From assembly GCA_038257035.1 (NCBI GenBank), contig JBBSJT010000039.1:1-18738 (forward strand): 18,738 bases of DNA. The letters are read 5' to 3'. Shown here piece after piece: positions 17,303 to 18,738 of this stretch; position 1 is the first letter of the stretch; each line of letters begins with the position of its first letter. This DNA is from Chlamydiia bacterium (GTDB taxonomy: Bacteria; Chlamydiota; Chlamydiia; Chlamydiales; Parachlamydiaceae). The notes under the pieces are model-generated. The model ran no database searches and was not told where the DNA came from. It worked only from the letters and a program-made list of their open reading frames with translations. The translations under genes were made by a program, and so were the position numbers.

Positions 17303-17365
17303 TCATTTACATTAAGTTAGAGGAGTCTTTGCTTAATGACTTAAAAGATTATCTTTTTTCTAATC

Positions 17366-18394
17366 TTAGTGACGGATGGAGAGGTTTGGGAAGGTTTTCT
17401 TAAGTGACCTTATTTTCTTATCTGTTACATAAGTATAAAGAAAATCTACCTCCTTTAAGTGGCGACCTAAATTTAGAATTCTGGTTAATTTATAATTATT
17501 AATTACAGTTAAAGAAAGATCAATCTCTTCAAGTTTTAGACAAATTCTTAATATATTCGAAAGGCGTTTATTGGTCGTTTTCGTGTTGACAAGATCCAGG
17601 ATCTTCAAATTTGGAAACGCTTTTCCAATTGAAGCATATCCTTTGTTTGTTAATTTATTATAGCTGAGATTTAACACACTTAATTTTTCAAAAACACCTT
17701 CTTCAAAGCATTCACCTGTAACTTTAGTCGTTTTAAGATTAAGAATTTCAATATTGTGGCAACTTTTTAATAAAACAACTAACCCAATATCCGTCACTTT
17801 GCAATGAGAAAGTCTTAGCGTATGAATTTTATGACAAGTTTTTGCAATCGCTATTAAATCATCATCACCAAAACTTGAATTTTCAAGGTTAATAGTTGTC
17901 AAGTTGGTAAGCTGATTAAAACGCTCTCCTTTAATCGTTTGACCGGATAGATCAATCCTAGTTAGGTTTGGGAAGACTGAAGAAAAAATAATCATTTCAA
18001 ATCCACTTACATTTTCAGGAACAAGATGTTGTAAGGATTCAATTTTTGGCCAATTCGATATTCTGTTACAATCAATTTGCAATGCAATAATTTTTTGTTG
18101 TTCTGCTAATAACCTAAGATGGCAATAATTTAAATCTGAAATATAGGTTAAATTAATTTTTCTCAAATCATGCTTTAAAATAAATTCAACAACCTTTTCG
18201 GCTGATGTAAGATAATGGTAAAATACACTGATTGGAGCTAAATAATCTTGAACCAGTTGTTTGTTATAATCAAAAGCATATTTATAGAAGTTTTTGGAGA
18301 CCATTTTGATATCAATAACAATCATTGTTTTTGGCAAATAGTTAAATATGTATTTGACAACATCCTCATAATCAAAAATATTATCACTAATCAT
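17366..18394 (-). CDS. F-box-like / leucine-rich repeat protein (FBXL-like, candidate host-directed effector)
   Basis: Start reassigned to ATG 18394 (GAGGGG RBS; removes overlap with the upstream gene). N-terminal YEDVVKYIFNYLP...IKMVSKNFYKYA resembles an F-box. Cysteine-containing LRRs follow (CHKIHTLRLSHCKVTDIGL). Confidence 0.85.
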   Translation of the reverse strand: MISDNIFDYEDVVKYIFNYLPKTMIVIDIKMVSKNFYKYAFDYNKQLVQDYLAPISVFYHYLTSAEKVVEFILKHDLRKINLTYISDLNYCHLRLLAEQQKIIALQIDCNRISNWPKIESLQHLVPENVSGFEMIIFSSVFPNLTRIDLSGQTIKGERFNQLTNLTTINLENSSFGDDDLIAIAKTCHKIHTLRLSHCKVTDIGLVVLLKSCHNIEILNLKTTKVTGECFEEGVFEKLSVLNLSYNKLTNKGYASIGKAFPNLKILDLVNTKTTNKRLSNILRICLKLEEIDLSLTVINNYKLTRILNLGRHLKEVDFLYTYVTDKKIRSLKKTFPNLSIRH

Positions 18395-18408
18395 AAATTC
18401 CCCCTCAA

Positions 18409-18738
18409 TTAGTGACGAATCTTTAAATTGGGAAACGTTTCTATAAGCAAACGTACTTTCTCTTTTGTCACATAGGTGCAAACAAGATCGATTTTTCTTA
18501 ATTTAAGGCCTGTTTTTAAAATTCTTGTTAATTTTTTATTAGCAAGATAAGTCAGTGAAAGGTTGATCTCTTCAAGATCCTGGCAGTTTTTTAAAATGTT
18601 TTCAAAAATCTGATTCGTAGTTCTTGTATTACTAAGATTAAGTATTTTAATGTTTGGGAATGCTTTTCCAATTGAATTGAAACCTTTTAATGTCATGCTA
18701 TTGTCAAAAAGATTTAATTCATCCATCGATTCAAAAAC
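18409..18738 (-). CDS. LRR protein, paralogue of the adjacent gene (3' part only; runs off window end)
   Basis: Frame is open to the window edge (VFESMDEL...). The last 105 aa align without gaps to the C-terminus of the downstream gene (61/105 identical by hand count). Confidence 0.88.
   Translation of the reverse strand, partial: VFESMDELNLFDNSMTLKGFNSIGKAFPNIKILNLSNTRTTNQIFENILKNCQDLEEINLSLTYLANKKLTRILKTGLKLRKIDLVCTYVTKEKVRLLIETFPNLKIRH

Noticed and set aside
18395..18481. 29-aa N-terminal extension of the 371-aa LRR ORF
   Set aside because: It overlaps the upstream paralogue in another frame; a strong GAGGGG RBS points to ATG 18394.

Overview
AT-rich bacterial chromosome segment, most likely from an environmental member of the Chlamydiota. 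This is inferred from the sohB/sppA-polA-coaE-rho gene order, which matches Chlamydia, and from the eukaryote-like F-box/LRR genes. Core genes are rmuC (-), a putative S49 peptidase-polA-coaE-rho-hypothetical operon (+) and gatCAB (-). An accessory block follows: a putative permuted papain-like protein, CPD photolyase, a thioredoxin-fold protein and a TIGR01777-type epimerase (+), then two tandem LRR paralogues (-), the complete one carrying an F-box-like N-terminus. The most striking signal is non-coding. Five of the six intergenic gaps over 100 nt contain a long fold-back element or an arm of one. These belong to at least four sequence families: a CAGGAT/GNA-minihairpin family (2 copies), a 41-bp perfect-TIR MITE-like element, a CGCGAAGA tandem-repeat family (one full copy plus a solo end) and a GGAG-REP doublet. 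There is also a shared ACCA(C/A)AGAG motif just after three stop codons. No transposase is present in the window. All comparisons were done by eye and no database searches were run.
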